Part shown: piece by piece, positions 51,779-61,709 of the stretch
How positions within the stretch are numbered: the stretch's first letter is position 1
Layout of the letters: each line of letters opens with the position of its first letter
Source of the DNA: Parvimonas sp.
Lineage (GTDB): Bacteria > Bacillota > Clostridia > Tissierellales > Peptoniphilaceae
Direction: 5' to 3' (one strand)
Assembly: GCF_022770425.1 (NCBI RefSeq)
Contig: NZ_JALEHY010000013.1
Length of the DNA: 64,000 nt
The notes under the pieces: generated by a model
Seen by the model: only the letters and a program-made list of their open reading frames with translations
The model's database searches: none
Told to the model about the DNA's origin: nothing
Position numbers and translations under genes: made by a program

Positions 51779-53320
51779 ATGAATTTTCCTGTATTAAAAG
51801 GAACTTCTTACGTATTAGTTCATGCACCAGACATGATCGTTCAAAATGGAACAACTCAAACTACTGAAAAGGCTTTGAATCCTAATTCAGAATATTTAAA
51901 AGAAATTCCAAATCATATTAGAAAGTATGATGAAGTTTTAAAGTACTTACCAAACCAAGTTTATATTGGAAACAAAAGACCGGAAGACTTAAAGGCAGTA
52001 CCACAACCTTGGTCTGATTCTGAAAAATATTTATCAGAAGCACCAAGATTTGGTAAATATGGTGAAATAATGCCTGAACACGAATTTATAGGTCTTATGA
52101 AGATTTGTGATGCTTTTGATTTAGTATTATTAAATAAAGAATTTACTGAATTAGTAAAAGCAGATTTAGAAAAACACCCATTAGTTAGTGATTCATTAGT
52201 TGCAAGACTTAAAGAAGGTGTTGAACAATCAGTTCTTGAAGGACATATGGATAATCATGCTGAAGGTTTATTCTTTGAAGATAAATTAGTAGGGGTAGTA
52301 ACAAGAGCGCATGATGTGGACGTAAACTTATCAGCTCATGTTATGTTAGAAAATTTGGTTACTAAGGCATCAGGTTTATTAGCTGCTTTACATTTAGTTG
52401 AAAAGAATAACATTAATCCTGCTGATGTTGAATATGTTATTGAATGTTCAGAAGAAGCTTGTGGAGATATGAACCAAAGAGGTGGTGGTAACTTCGCAAA
52501 ATCTATCGCTGAATTAGCAGGTTTCGATAATGCATCAGGTTCTGACTTGAGAGGTTTCTGTGCAGCACCTACTCATACTTTAATAGCTGCTTCTTCACAT
52601 GTTCATGCCGGAACTTTTAAACATGTTGTAATAGTTGCAGGAGGATGTACTGCAAAATTAGGTATGAATGGTAAAGACCACGTTAAAAAAGGATTACCTA
52701 TTCTTGAAGACGTTATAGGTGGATTTGCCGCTTTAATTTCCGAAAATGACGGAGTTAACCCAATATTAAGAACTGACATAGTAGGTAGACATACAGTAGG
52801 AACAGGTTCATCACCTCAAGCAGTTATGTCAGCATTGGTTACTGCACCATTAGAAAAAGCTAACTTAACTGTAAAAGATGTAGATAAATATTCTGCTGAA
52901 ATGCAAAACCCAGATATTACTAAACCTGCAGGGGCAGGAGATGTTCCAAACGCTAACTTTAAGATGATTGGAGCATTAGGTGTAATGAAAAAACAATTAG
53001 AAAAAGCTGAAATTCCAGGATTTATCGAAAATCATGGTATGGAAGGATGGGCTCCAACTCAAGGACATATTCCTTCAGGAGTACCTTATTTAGGATTCTG
53101 TAGAGAAGATTTAACTGAAGGTGAATTAAACAGAGCTATGATTATCGGTAAAGGTTCTTTATTCTTAGGAAGAATGACTAACTTATTTGATGGTGTATCA
53201 ATTGTTTTAGAAAGAAATTCAGGTAAAGTAGAAGAAAACTCTGGAGTTTCTAAGGAAGAAGTTAAGAAATTAGTTGCTGAAGCAATGAGAAATTTTGCAT
53301 CTTCTTTGATTGAAGAATAG
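51779..53320 (+). CDS. grdC: glycine reductase complex protein C, beta subunit
   Basis: 513 aa, thiolase/KAS-like fold pattern, located after grdB. Confidence 0.85.
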   Translation: MNFPVLKGTSYVLVHAPDMIVQNGTTQTTEKALNPNSEYLKEIPNHIRKYDEVLKYLPNQVYIGNKRPEDLKAVPQPWSDSEKYLSEAPRFGKYGEIMPEHEFIGLMKICDAFDLVLLNKEFTELVKADLEKHPLVSDSLVARLKEGVEQSVLEGHMDNHAEGLFFEDKLVGVVTRAHDVDVNLSAHVMLENLVTKASGLLAALHLVEKNNINPADVEYVIECSEEACGDMNQRGGGNFAKSIAELAGFDNASGSDLRGFCAAPTHTLIAASSHVHAGTFKHVVIVAGGCTAKLGMNGKDHVKKGLPILEDVIGGFAALISENDGVNPILRTDIVGRHTVGTGSSPQAVMSALVTAPLEKANLTVKDVDKYSAEMQNPDITKPAGAGDVPNANFKMIGALGVMKKQLEKAEIPGFIENHGMEGWAPTQGHIPSGVPYLGFCREDLTEGELNRAMIIGKGSLFLGRMTNLFDGVSIVLERNSGKVEENSGVSKEEVKKLVAEAMRNFASSLIEE

Positions 53321-53330
53321 AGGTGATTCC

Positions 53331-54488
53331 ATGTCTGATATAAAAAAGGTAATTGGTAATATCTTTGAAGAAATTGCTACTGGATTAGAAACTGGTGCTT
53401 TTACATCAAGACCAAGAATTGCTGTTACAACTTTAGGCAGTGAACACGGATTAGAAAATGTTGTTAAAGGGGCTGAACTTGCTCAATCAAGAGATAAAAG
53501 TGTTGAATATTGTATTATAGGACCGGAAGTTGAAACTACTCTAAAACAATATGTTGTTGCTAACGAAGATGAAGGTTATGCAAAAATGGAAGAACTATTA
53601 GATAGTGGAGAAATTGACGGTTGTGTTACAATGCACTACAGTTTCCCTATAGGTGTTTCAACAGTAGGTAGAGTAGTGACTCCTGCTGCTGCAAAAGAAA
53701 TGATAATTGCAACTACTACTGGAACTTCATCTGCTCATAGAGTAGAAGGAATGGTAAAAAACGGTATCTATGGTATTATAGTTGCTAAGGCATTGGGGAT
53801 TGAAAATCCAACAGTTGGTATTTTAAACCTTGATAATGCAGTTGCAGTTGAAAAAGCATTTAAAGAATTAAAAGAAAATGGTTATGACATAAACTTTGCT
53901 GAGTCAAATAGAGCTGATGGTGGAGTATTGATGAGAGGAAATGACTTATTACAAGGTGTTCCTGATGTTATGGTAAATGATACTTTAACAGGAAATCTTT
54001 TAATGAAAGTATTTTCTTCATACACTACAGGCGGCGGATTCGAAGCTATGGGATACGGATATGGTCCTGGAATCGGAGAAGGATATGATAGATTAGTTCT
54101 AATTATTTCAAGGGCATCAGGATTCCCTGTAATTGCTAATGCAATGACTTATGCAGGTCAGTTAGTGAAAGGTAATATTAAAGAAGTTTCTAAAAAAGAA
54201 TTTGAAAAAGCAAATAAAGCCGGATTAAAAGCTATTTTAGAAAAAATTACTTCTGCCGGAGCAAAAAAATCTGAACCGGCTGAAGAAGTTACTTGTCCTC
54301 CGGAAGAACAAGCTACAGCAACTATTTCAGGTATAGATATTCTTGAGCTTGAAGACGCTAAGGTAGCATTGTGGAAACATGGAATTTTTGCAAAGACAGG
54401 TATGGGATGTACCGGACCGGTAGTTATGGTTAATGAAGCTAATCTTGAAAAATCTAAGGAAATTTTAGAAAAAGAAGGATATGTTTAA
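53331..54488 (+). CDS. grdD: glycine reductase complex protein C, alpha subunit
   Basis: About 385 aa, PlsX/phosphotransacetylase-like pattern. GAGGTGA RBS before ATG 53331. Confidence 0.85.
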   Translation: MSDIKKVIGNIFEEIATGLETGAFTSRPRIAVTTLGSEHGLENVVKGAELAQSRDKSVEYCIIGPEVETTLKQYVVANEDEGYAKMEELLDSGEIDGCVTMHYSFPIGVSTVGRVVTPAAAKEMIIATTTGTSSAHRVEGMVKNGIYGIIVAKALGIENPTVGILNLDNAVAVEKAFKELKENGYDINFAESNRADGGVLMRGNDLLQGVPDVMVNDTLTGNLLMKVFSSYTTGGGFEAMGYGYGPGIGEGYDRLVLIISRASGFPVIANAMTYAGQLVKGNIKEVSKKEFEKANKAGLKAILEKITSAGAKKSEPAEEVTCPPEEQATATISGIDILELEDAKVALWKHGIFAKTGMGCTGPVVMVNEANLEKSKEILEKEGYV

Positions 54489-54499
54489 AATTTATAAAT

Positions 54500-54532
54500 A
54501 AGAGAGTTTTTAAAAAACTCTCTTATTTTTTT
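54500..54532 (+). terminator. rho-independent terminator ending the grd operon
   Basis: AAGAGAGTTTT/AAAACTCTCTT stem followed by a T-run. Confidence 0.8.
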
Positions 54533-54599
54533 GTTTAGATACTTTAAAATGTGGTATATTATTAATGTCTAATACAGACTTAATTTAAGGAGGTAATTT

Positions 54600-55163
54600 A
54601 TGAGTTTAATAGGAAAAAAAATCGAAGAATTTAATGTTCCGGCATACTATGATGGAGATATTATCAATGTAACTGATAAAGATTTAGAAGGTAAATGGAG
54701 TGTATTTTTCTTTTATCCAGGTGACTTTACATTTGTTTGTCCGACTGAGTTAGAAGATTTAGCATTAAGTTATGATAAGTTTAAAGAAATAGGTTGTGAA
54801 ATCTATTCAGTATCTACTGATTCTGAATTTGTTCATAAAGCTTGGTGGGATGCATCTGAAACAATAAGAAAAATTCAATATCCGATGATCTCAGACAGAG
54901 CATTAGCACTTTCAGAACAATTTGGAGTTTTGATTGAAGGTGAAGGACAAGCATTAAGAGGAACTTTTGTTGTAAACCCTCAAGGTGAAATTGTTCTTTA
55001 CGAAGTAAATGCTAACGGAATTGGTAGAAATGCTAAGGAATTATTGAGAAAAGTTCAAGCTGCTCAATTTGTTTCAAAGCATGGAGATAAAGTGTGTCCT
55101 GCAAGATGGGAACCGGGTGATGAAACTTTAACACCTGGGTTAGACTTAGTAGGTAAATTATAA
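54600..55163 (+). CDS. ahpC: typical 2-Cys peroxiredoxin (AhpC type)
   Basis: Peroxidatic Cys in FTFVCPTEL, resolving Cys in KVCPARW; 187 aa. Confidence 0.92.
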   Translation: MSLIGKKIEEFNVPAYYDGDIINVTDKDLEGKWSVFFFYPGDFTFVCPTELEDLALSYDKFKEIGCEIYSVSTDSEFVHKAWWDASETIRKIQYPMISDRALALSEQFGVLIEGEGQALRGTFVVNPQGEIVLYEVNANGIGRNAKELLRKVQAAQFVSKHGDKVCPARWEPGDETLTPGLDLVGKL

Positions 55164-55185
55164 TATATAGATGAAATAACTATTT

Positions 55186-55222
55186 AAAAAACGGCAAACT
55201 TTTTCGAGTGAGCCGTTTTTTT
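55186..55222. terminator. bidirectional terminator
   Basis: AACGGC...GCCGTT stem flanked by A and T runs, between convergent genes. Confidence 0.6.
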
Positions 55223-55236
55223 ATTGAATATAATTA

Positions 55237-55611
55237 TTAGATTATAACAAGTAGTAATCCTGCTAAAAAAATGAAAAAAGAAATGAAGTACAAGTTTTTA
55301 AAGTCTTTAATTGTTACTACATTAGGATTATTGAGTTTAAAAGATATATTTACTTCTCTATTTAAATTTTTTTTTGAAAATACACCTGCGTAATTTCCTG
55401 ATTCACTTTCTAATGCTGTTGCGATATAATTTTGATTGTTGTATTCATATTTTACGATGTATGGATAGGCGATCATCCCTTTTGTTGATTTAATTCCGTT
55501 ACCGTAACCAATAATAATTCCTTTAGAGTTTTTTCCAAATAGAATTAGTATCAATTTTTTATATGTTACCAGTATTGAAATCATGCAAAAAATAATTCCT
55601 AATATTTTCAT
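55237..55611 (-). CDS. small membrane protein (TM - beta-rich domain - TM; DUF3592-like architecture)
   Basis: Hydrophobic N- and C-termini flank a soluble domain of about 70 aa. Confidence 0.5.
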   Translation of the reverse strand: MKILGIIFCMISILVTYKKLILILFGKNSKGIIIGYGNGIKSTKGMIAYPYIVKYEYNNQNYIATALESESGNYAGVFSKKNLNREVNISFKLNNPNVVTIKDFKNLYFISFFIFLAGLLLVII

Positions 55612-55655
55612 GATAAGTCCTTTTTTAAAATTTTACAATACAAAATAAGTTACTA

Positions 55656-56015
55656 TTATTTATTTTTAAAAAATTCAAAAAATTTTAAAAATATAGATTT
55701 TTTCTTAAATTCTTTTGTCACATTTTCCCAACTATTAACTGAAATTTTTTCATTATCAAAAAATAGTTTAAAATAGTTTTGAATTTTATCAGAATTTTTC
55801 GTATAAAGACGATAATGCTCGAAATTTTCAAAATCATATTTTCTATACTCTATCATATATTCATTGTCTATAGCAAAGACTTGAATATAATTAGAGTCAT
55901 CAGTATTAGATAATACTAACCATTTATGGTTGCTATACAGTAAATTATTGATAATTTTTTCAATTTCTTCAATTTTTGCAGGTTTATTTATTAATTCAGT
56001 AGTTATATTTTTCAT
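55656..56015 (-). CDS. hypothetical cytoplasmic protein, 119 aa
   Basis: Clean ORF; no motif recognised. Confidence 0.5.
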   Translation of the reverse strand: MKNITTELINKPAKIEEIEKIINNLLYSNHKWLVLSNTDDSNYIQVFAIDNEYMIEYRKYDFENFEHYRLYTKNSDKIQNYFKLFFDNEKISVNSWENVTKEFKKKSIFLKFFEFFKNK

Positions 56016-56192
56016 TGTAGTATCCTATCGTTAATTAATTTTTAGTTATCTACTTATTATTTATATTATACTATTTTTTAAAAATATTTTCCATATTTTA
56101 AATTTGTTTTCCAAAATTAAATACTAATAATGTTTATCTGTTTTTTATTAGGGTATAAGAGAGAAACATACCAAATAGGAGGGGAAAAGTGT

Positions 56193-56780
56193 ATGAAAAA
56201 GAATAAGTTTTTTGTTTTATTTTCAGTTTTAGCTTTAGTTGTATGTTTATTTGTATATAAACAATTTTCAACTAAGAATACTAATGAAGTTAAAACAACA
56301 GTTGATTCTGCTAATAATAAAACAGCGGAAAACAAAGATAATGCTGAAAATAAAAAAAACAACTCACAAGTTGAGCCTTTAGAAGCGGATAAAGATATTA
56401 CTTTTGAAAAATTAAAGGCTTTGGGTAAACCGTTTATTTTAGATTTTAGTCAAGAGCACTGAAGTGCTTGCAAAGTATTGCATCCAACTTTGGAAAAGTT
56501 GTACGAACAATATGGTGATCAAATCACTATCAAATCAGTAGATTTAGCAGTTGCAAGAGATTTTGCGAAAAATTACCCTATTAGGGTCACACCTACATTG
56601 TTTTTCTTTAAAGCTGACGGAACACCTTTTGTACCGTCTGAAGAATTAGCTAAAGAACTCAACTATGTATCTTACAAAAAGAAATCGGATGATACAATTG
56701 CTGTTTCCGGTAATGAAGGTGTTGTAAAATATGAGATTTTAGTTAAGGTATTAAAGGAGATGGGGGTAAATGTTAGATAA
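56193..56780 (+). CDS. membrane-anchored thioredoxin-like (TlpA/ResA-type) selenoprotein with a UxxC redox motif; UGA at 56460-56462
   Basis: AGGAGGGG RBS before ATG 56193. Track ORFs 56130-56462 and 56478-56780 share a frame. The read-through product is ...KPFILDFSQEH-U-SACKVLHPTLEKLYEQYGDQ..., which matches the thioredoxin-fold pattern F-x-x-x-W-C-x-x-C-x-x-x-x-P with Sec at the first Cys position. Confidence 0.75.
56462..56490 (+). other. candidate SECIS hairpin directly after the UGA
   Basis: AAGT(56462-65)/ACTT(56487-90) and TGCAA(56469-73)/TTGCA(56478-82) stems, with loop AGTA. Confidence 0.4.
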
Positions 56781-57462
56781 TTTAGTTAATCTTATTGGTG
56801 CAAATTTAAAAACATTTTCTTTGTTTGGGCCAATTTTAGCATTACTTGGAGGGATTTTAACTTCGGTGTCACCTTGCTCACTTGCTTCTATACCGCTTGT
56901 AATAGGGTATATGACTGGAACAAAAGAAAATGATACTAAAAGAGCATTTAAAATGTCGGTTGTGTTTTCACTTGGAATGGCGATAACTTATACTTCTTTA
57001 GGAGTTGCGGCTGCACTTTTAAGTAAAATTTTTAATCAGTCAGGAAGGTGGTTTGATCTTTTTTTAGGAGTAGTGATGATATTAATGGCACTACAGACTT
57101 GGGAGGTTGTAAATGTAATTCCAAGTAAAATTTTAACAAATAAAAGTGGGAAAAAAGGTTATATAGGAGCGTTGATTGTTGGGATTATGGCAGGACTTTT
57201 TTCCAGTCCTTGTTCTACACCGATATTAGTAACGTTGCTTGCGATAGTTGCTGCAAAAGGAAGTTTATTATGGGGAACATTACTTTTCTTATTGTATTCG
57301 ATAGGTAATAGTATATTAATCATAGTTGCAGGGACAAGTACCGGTTTTGTTGGAAATATAATGTCTAATAAAGCATACGGAAAAATATCTGATATTATAA
57401 AGATTGTCTTTGGTATTTTTATATTACTTATAGGATTATATTTCTTATATAGAGCATTTTAA
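56770..57462 (+). CDS. ccdA: CcdA/DsbD-family thiol-disulfide electron transporter (cytochrome c biogenesis protein transmembrane region)
   Basis: Two membrane-embedded Cys motifs (TSVSPCSLASIP and FSSPCSTPIL). Overlaps the upstream gene's stop. Confidence 0.85.
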   Translation: MLDNLVNLIGANLKTFSLFGPILALLGGILTSVSPCSLASIPLVIGYMTGTKENDTKRAFKMSVVFSLGMAITYTSLGVAAALLSKIFNQSGRWFDLFLGVVMILMALQTWEVVNVIPSKILTNKSGKKGYIGALIVGIMAGLFSSPCSTPILVTLLAIVAAKGSLLWGTLLFLLYSIGNSILIIVAGTSTGFVGNIMSNKAYGKISDIIKIVFGIFILLIGLYFLYRAF

Positions 57463-57497
57463 AAGAGTTTAGTAAAAACTAAACTCTTTTGTTTTTA
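57462..57497 (+). terminator. rho-independent terminator
   Basis: AAAGAGTTTAG/CTAAACTCTTT stem followed by a T-run. Confidence 0.75.
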
Positions 57498-57524
57498 TTA
57501 ACTATTTGTTATAATTGAGTAAAG

Positions 57525-57542
57525 TATATATATATATATATA
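57525..57542. repeat. (TA)9 dinucleotide microsatellite abutting the HIT gene start codon
   Basis: Read directly from the sequence. TATAAT at 57510-57515 lies just upstream. Confidence 0.9.
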
Positions 57543-58000
57543 TGATTTGTGATAGAAATGAAATGATAAAAAATAAAGAAAATATTTATTTTGTAAAGGC
57601 GCTTGAAACGGGATATGTAGTTCTTGGAGATATTCAAAAATTTTATGGGTATACCTTATTTTTATATAAAATGCATAAAAATGAACTTTTTGATTTGGAA
57701 TTTGAATTTAGGAAAAAATTTTTACATGAAATGACTATTGTTTCAAATGCTGTTTTTAATGTATTTAATTGTGAAAAGATAAATTATGAATTGCTGGGGA
57801 ATGGAGACAGTCATTTACATTGGCATTTATTTCCTCGCAGAAAAGGTGATTTGGGTAATTATGGAATTAATGGCAAAGGTCCTGTTTGGTGGTTACCGTA
57901 TGAACTTATGTACTCTGATAAATATGTTGTCGGTTTAGATGAACTTGAGAAAATGAAGTCGGTATTGTCTTTGGAAATTGATAAATTATTAGGAAAATAG
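57542..58000 (+). CDS. HIT-family hydrolase
   Basis: Histidine triad HLHWHLFPR. The start is uncertain (ATG 57542 or TTG 57515). Confidence 0.75.
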   Translation: MICDRNEMIKNKENIYFVKALETGYVVLGDIQKFYGYTLFLYKMHKNELFDLEFEFRKKFLHEMTIVSNAVFNVFNCEKINYELLGNGDSHLHWHLFPRRKGDLGNYGINGKGPVWWLPYELMYSDKYVVGLDELEKMKSVLSLEIDKLLGK

Positions 58001-58102
58001 GTTTTATTAAATAAGAGGCACTTTTTATTATGTAAGTACTTTACATTTTTTATAAAAAATTCTATAATAATTGTTAGTGTTATAATATTTTAGGAGGAAA
58101 GT

Positions 58103-58744
58103 ATGAAATTTTTTATTGACACAGCAAATGTGGACGAAATTAAAGAAATTAACCAATGGGGAATTCTTGACGGAGTTACTACAAATCCATCTTTGATTGC
58201 AAAAGAAGGAAGAAATTTTGTAGAAGTAATTACTGAGATAACCTCAATAGTTGACGGTCCTATTTCGGCAGAAGTTATTAGTTTAAATTCTGATGAAATG
58301 ATAAAGGAAGCAAGGGAACTTGCTAAAATTAATAAAAATATTGTTATAAAAATTCCGATGACTGAGGAAGGGTTAAAAGCAGTTAGTATCTTGAGCAAAG
58401 AAGGAATAAAAACAAATGTAACTTTGATTTTTTCAGCTACTCAAGCACTTCTTGCTGCAAAGGCAGGTGCAACCTATGTAAGTCCGTTTTTAGGTAGACT
58501 TGATGATATAAGCTCTGATGGAATGATTTTGATAGAAGATATATTTGATGTATTTACCAATTATGGAATTGATACCGAAATAATAGCTGCATCTGTCAGA
58601 ACTCCTATGCATGTTTTACAAATTGCAAAATGTGGTGCTGATATAGCAACAGTTCCGTATAAAGTTTTTAAGCAAATGCTAAAACATCCGCTAACTGATA
58701 TCGGTATAGAAAAATTCTTAGCTGACTGGGAAACTGTAAAATAA
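58103..58744 (+). CDS. fsa: fructose-6-phosphate aldolase / short transaldolase
   Basis: [16 protein letters not shown]-terminus, Schiff-base Lys context (VIKIPMT); 213 aa. Confidence 0.9.
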   Translation: MKFFIDTANVDEIKEINQWGILDGVTTNPSLIAKEGRNFVEVITEITSIVDGPISAEVISLNSDEMIKEARELAKINKNIVIKIPMTEEGLKAVSILSKEGIKTNVTLIFSATQALLAAKAGATYVSPFLGRLDDISSDGMILIEDIFDVFTNYGIDTEIIAASVRTPMHVLQIAKCGADIATVPYKVFKQMLKHPLTDIGIEKFLADWETVK

Positions 58745-58756
58745 TAGGAGGATATA

Positions 58757-59737
58757 ATGGACAGAAATTTAACTTTAAATTTAGTAAGAGTAACTGAGGC
58801 TGCTGCAATCAGAGCTTCTTATCTTTTTGGAAGAGGAAATAAAAATGAAGCTGATCAAGCAGCGGTAGATGCTATGCGTTCAATGTTTAATGAATTACCT
58901 ATGGAGGGGACTGTTGTTATAGGAGAGGGAGAAATGGATGAGGCTCCTATGCTATATATTGGAGAAATTGTTGGTAATGGACAAACTGATGCAGTTAAAG
59001 TTGATATAGCAGTTGATCCTGTTGATGGAACTTCTCTTGTAGCAAATGGACTTCCAAACGCTATTGCGGTAGCAGCTTGTGCTCCTAAAGGTTGTCTGTT
59101 ACATGCTCCTGATATGTATATGGATAAAATTGCTGCAGGTCCGTTAGCAGTAGATGCGGTACATATAGATTTACCGATAGAAATGAATATAAGAAGACTG
59201 GCAAAGGCTTTAGGTAAAGATGTAAGTGAAGTTACAGTCAGTATTTTAGATAGAGAAAGACATAGAGATATAATAGAAAGAGTTAGAAAACTCGGTGCAA
59301 GAATCAAACTTTTTGAAGCAGGAGATATTGCCCAAGCAATAGCAACTTGCATTGAAAATAGCGGATGTGATTTAATGGTTGGAATTGGAGGAGCTCCTGA
59401 AGGCGTTTTAGCTGCTGCTGCTATAAAGGCATTAGGAGGAGTTTTTCAAGGAAGACTTGTTCCATCGAATGAAGAAGAATTTGAAAGATGTGAAAAAATG
59501 GGACTTTCAGACCCTAATAAAGTTTTAGAAATGGATGATTTAGTTAAAGGTGATGAAGTTTTATTTGCAGCTACGGGAGTTAGTGATGGGGAATTTTTAG
59601 AAGGTGTAAGACATATCGGTAATGATAAGGTTAAGACTTATTCAGTAGTAATGAGAGCGGAAACAGGAACTATAAGATTTGTTGAAGCGACTCATAAGAT
59701 ATCTAAAAAGCCTGAATATACAAAAGTAAAAAGATAA
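58757..59737 (+). CDS. glpX: class II fructose-1,6-bisphosphatase
   Basis: GlpX pattern (VTEAAAIRAS..GRGNKNEADQAAVDAMR, VDPVDGT); 326 aa. Confidence 0.9.
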   Translation: MDRNLTLNLVRVTEAAAIRASYLFGRGNKNEADQAAVDAMRSMFNELPMEGTVVIGEGEMDEAPMLYIGEIVGNGQTDAVKVDIAVDPVDGTSLVANGLPNAIAVAACAPKGCLLHAPDMYMDKIAAGPLAVDAVHIDLPIEMNIRRLAKALGKDVSEVTVSILDRERHRDIIERVRKLGARIKLFEAGDIAQAIATCIENSGCDLMVGIGGAPEGVLAAAAIKALGGVFQGRLVPSNEEEFERCEKMGLSDPNKVLEMDDLVKGDEVLFAATGVSDGEFLEGVRHIGNDKVKTYSVVMRAETGTIRFVEATHKISKKPEYTKVKR

Positions 59738-59739
59738 TT

Positions 59740-61062
59740 ATGAATTTAGAATTATTAAAAAGTAAATATTTAGACGAATTAAAAACGATAGCTAAGTCTT
59801 ACGGTATTGCAAATATTTCAAAATATAAAAAAGATGAACTTATAAATGAAATTTTAAAAATATCCAATAGTGTTGAAAATGTTGTAGAAGAAAATTATCA
59901 AGATAAAGATCTTCGTTCCGAAAATGAAAGTTTTGAGAGTAAAGAACAGGTTTCTTTACAAGTTTGTGGAATCATAGATATTACTCCTGACGGATATGGA
60001 TTTTTAAGATCCAACGGATATGATTCCGGAGAGGATGATACTTATGTTTCTCCTACACAGATAAGAAGATTTAGATTGAAAAAAGGAGATAAAATATTAG
60101 GACTTACACGGGATAGAAAAGAGACCGAAAAATTTTCACCACTTATTTTTATCAATGAAATAAATGATATAAAAGTTTCAAACTTAAGATTAAGAAAAGA
60201 TTTTGATGATTTAATTCCTGTTTATCCTAATGAAAAATATGTTCTTGAAAATAATAAAGACGAAGTTTCAACAAGAATAATTGATTTTATGGTTCCCATA
60301 GGTAAGGGTCAAAGAGCTTTGATAGTTGCTCCTCCAAAAGCGGGAAAAACAAGTTTACTTCGTTCTATTTTGAGAGGAATTGAAATAAATTATCCAAAAT
60401 CTAAAATATTTGTTTTATTGATTGATGAAAGACCCGAAGAAGTTACAGAAATGAAAAAATTTACAAAAGCTGAAGTAATAGCATCAACTTTTGACGAACT
60501 TCCTCAAAATCATATTAGGCTTTCAGAATTTGTCTTGGAAAGGGCAAAGAGGTTGGTTGAAATTGGAGAAGATGTAGTTATATTAGTGGATAGTATAACA
60601 AGACTTTCCCGTGCTTATAATGTAAATACTCCATCATCAGGAAAAACTTTAACAGGGGGACTTGATCCATTTGCATTACATAAACCAAAGAGATTTTTTG
60701 GTTCTGCAAGAAATGTTGAAAATGGGGGAAGTCTCACAATAATTGCAACTACTCTTGTCGATACAGGAAGCAAGATGGATGATATGATTTATGAAGAATT
60801 TAAAGGTACAGGAAATATGGAAATTCACTTAAGTAGAAGACTTTCTGAACTTAGAATTTTTCCGGCAATCGACATCTATAAATCAGGTACAAGAAAAGAA
60901 AATTTGCTTTTGAACGAAACTGAAATAGAAGTGTCAGAGATGATTAGAAGAAAGCTGTCCAATACAAATACTAATGAAATAACAGAAATAATAATCAAAA
61001 ATTTAAAAAGAACAGACAGTAATAAAGAATTTTATGATGTTATATTAAAAAATAAAATATAA
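59740..61062 (+). CDS. rho: transcription termination factor Rho
   Basis: N-terminal SAP-like and RNA-binding domain (DGYGFLR), Walker A PPKAGKT, RecA-type ATPase core. Confidence 0.95.
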   Translation: MNLELLKSKYLDELKTIAKSYGIANISKYKKDELINEILKISNSVENVVEENYQDKDLRSENESFESKEQVSLQVCGIIDITPDGYGFLRSNGYDSGEDDTYVSPTQIRRFRLKKGDKILGLTRDRKETEKFSPLIFINEINDIKVSNLRLRKDFDDLIPVYPNEKYVLENNKDEVSTRIIDFMVPIGKGQRALIVAPPKAGKTSLLRSILRGIEINYPKSKIFVLLIDERPEEVTEMKKFTKAEVIASTFDELPQNHIRLSEFVLERAKRLVEIGEDVVILVDSITRLSRAYNVNTPSSGKTLTGGLDPFALHKPKRFFGSARNVENGGSLTIIATTLVDTGSKMDDMIYEEFKGTGNMEIHLSRRLSELRIFPAIDIYKSGTRKENLLLNETEIEVSEMIRRKLSNTNTNEITEIIIKNLKRTDSNKEFYDVILKNKI

Positions 61063-61103
61063 TTTATTTTAAAATTTAATCTGATGATTTATTAATAATT
61101 TTT

Positions 61104-61135
61104 AAAGAGTGATGTTTATCACTCTTTTATTTTGC
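61104..61135 (+). terminator. rho-independent terminator
   Basis: AAAGAGTGAT/ATCACTCTTT stem followed by a T-run. Confidence 0.75.
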
Positions 61136-61206
61136 TTTTTAACAAAAGTTTTTGCACAATATTCAAAATATGATATAATATTACTTAGAGGTGTTTATAT
61201 TAAATT

Positions 61207-61698
61207 ATGAAAAATAAAAAAATAGGTATTCTTATTGCGATTTTAATATATATTTTAGGTATCGGTATTATTTTTGTTCAGTCAAAAATTGAAGCAGATA
61301 AGATTACAAAAGAGAGAGAAAAATTTTATATTGTAATGGATACAAATAAAAAAGATGTTTTGAAGATAGAAAAAAAGTATTTTAATTCGTCATCAATAAA
61401 CAAAATGAAAATTATAAAAACGGGTGATGATAAGATTTACAGTATCGAAGATAAGAAACTCATGGAAGATATTATGGATAAGATGGACTTTTTAAAGTTT
61501 GTTTCGGATTCTTCTCTTAATATGTCAACAGAGGACATAACTTTTGAAATTGTAACTGAGAGTAATGTTTTGAGTATTACAATGTCACAAGAAAATAAAG
61601 TTGCAACTTTAAAGTATAATGATTCTACCTTGCTTGTTACAGTTACTGATGAGTTTTATGATATGATTTATAGTATATATGACAAAGTTAAAAGTTAG
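61207..61698 (+). CDS. hypothetical membrane-anchored protein
   Basis: N-terminal TM anchor; no motif recognised. Confidence 0.5.
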   Translation: MKNKKIGILIAILIYILGIGIIFVQSKIEADKITKEREKFYIVMDTNKKDVLKIEKKYFNSSSINKMKIIKTGDDKIYSIEDKKLMEDIMDKMDFLKFVSDSSLNMSTEDITFEIVTESNVLSITMSQENKVATLKYNDSTLLVTVTDEFYDMIYSIYDKVKS

Positions 61699-61709
61699 AG
61701 AGATTTATT

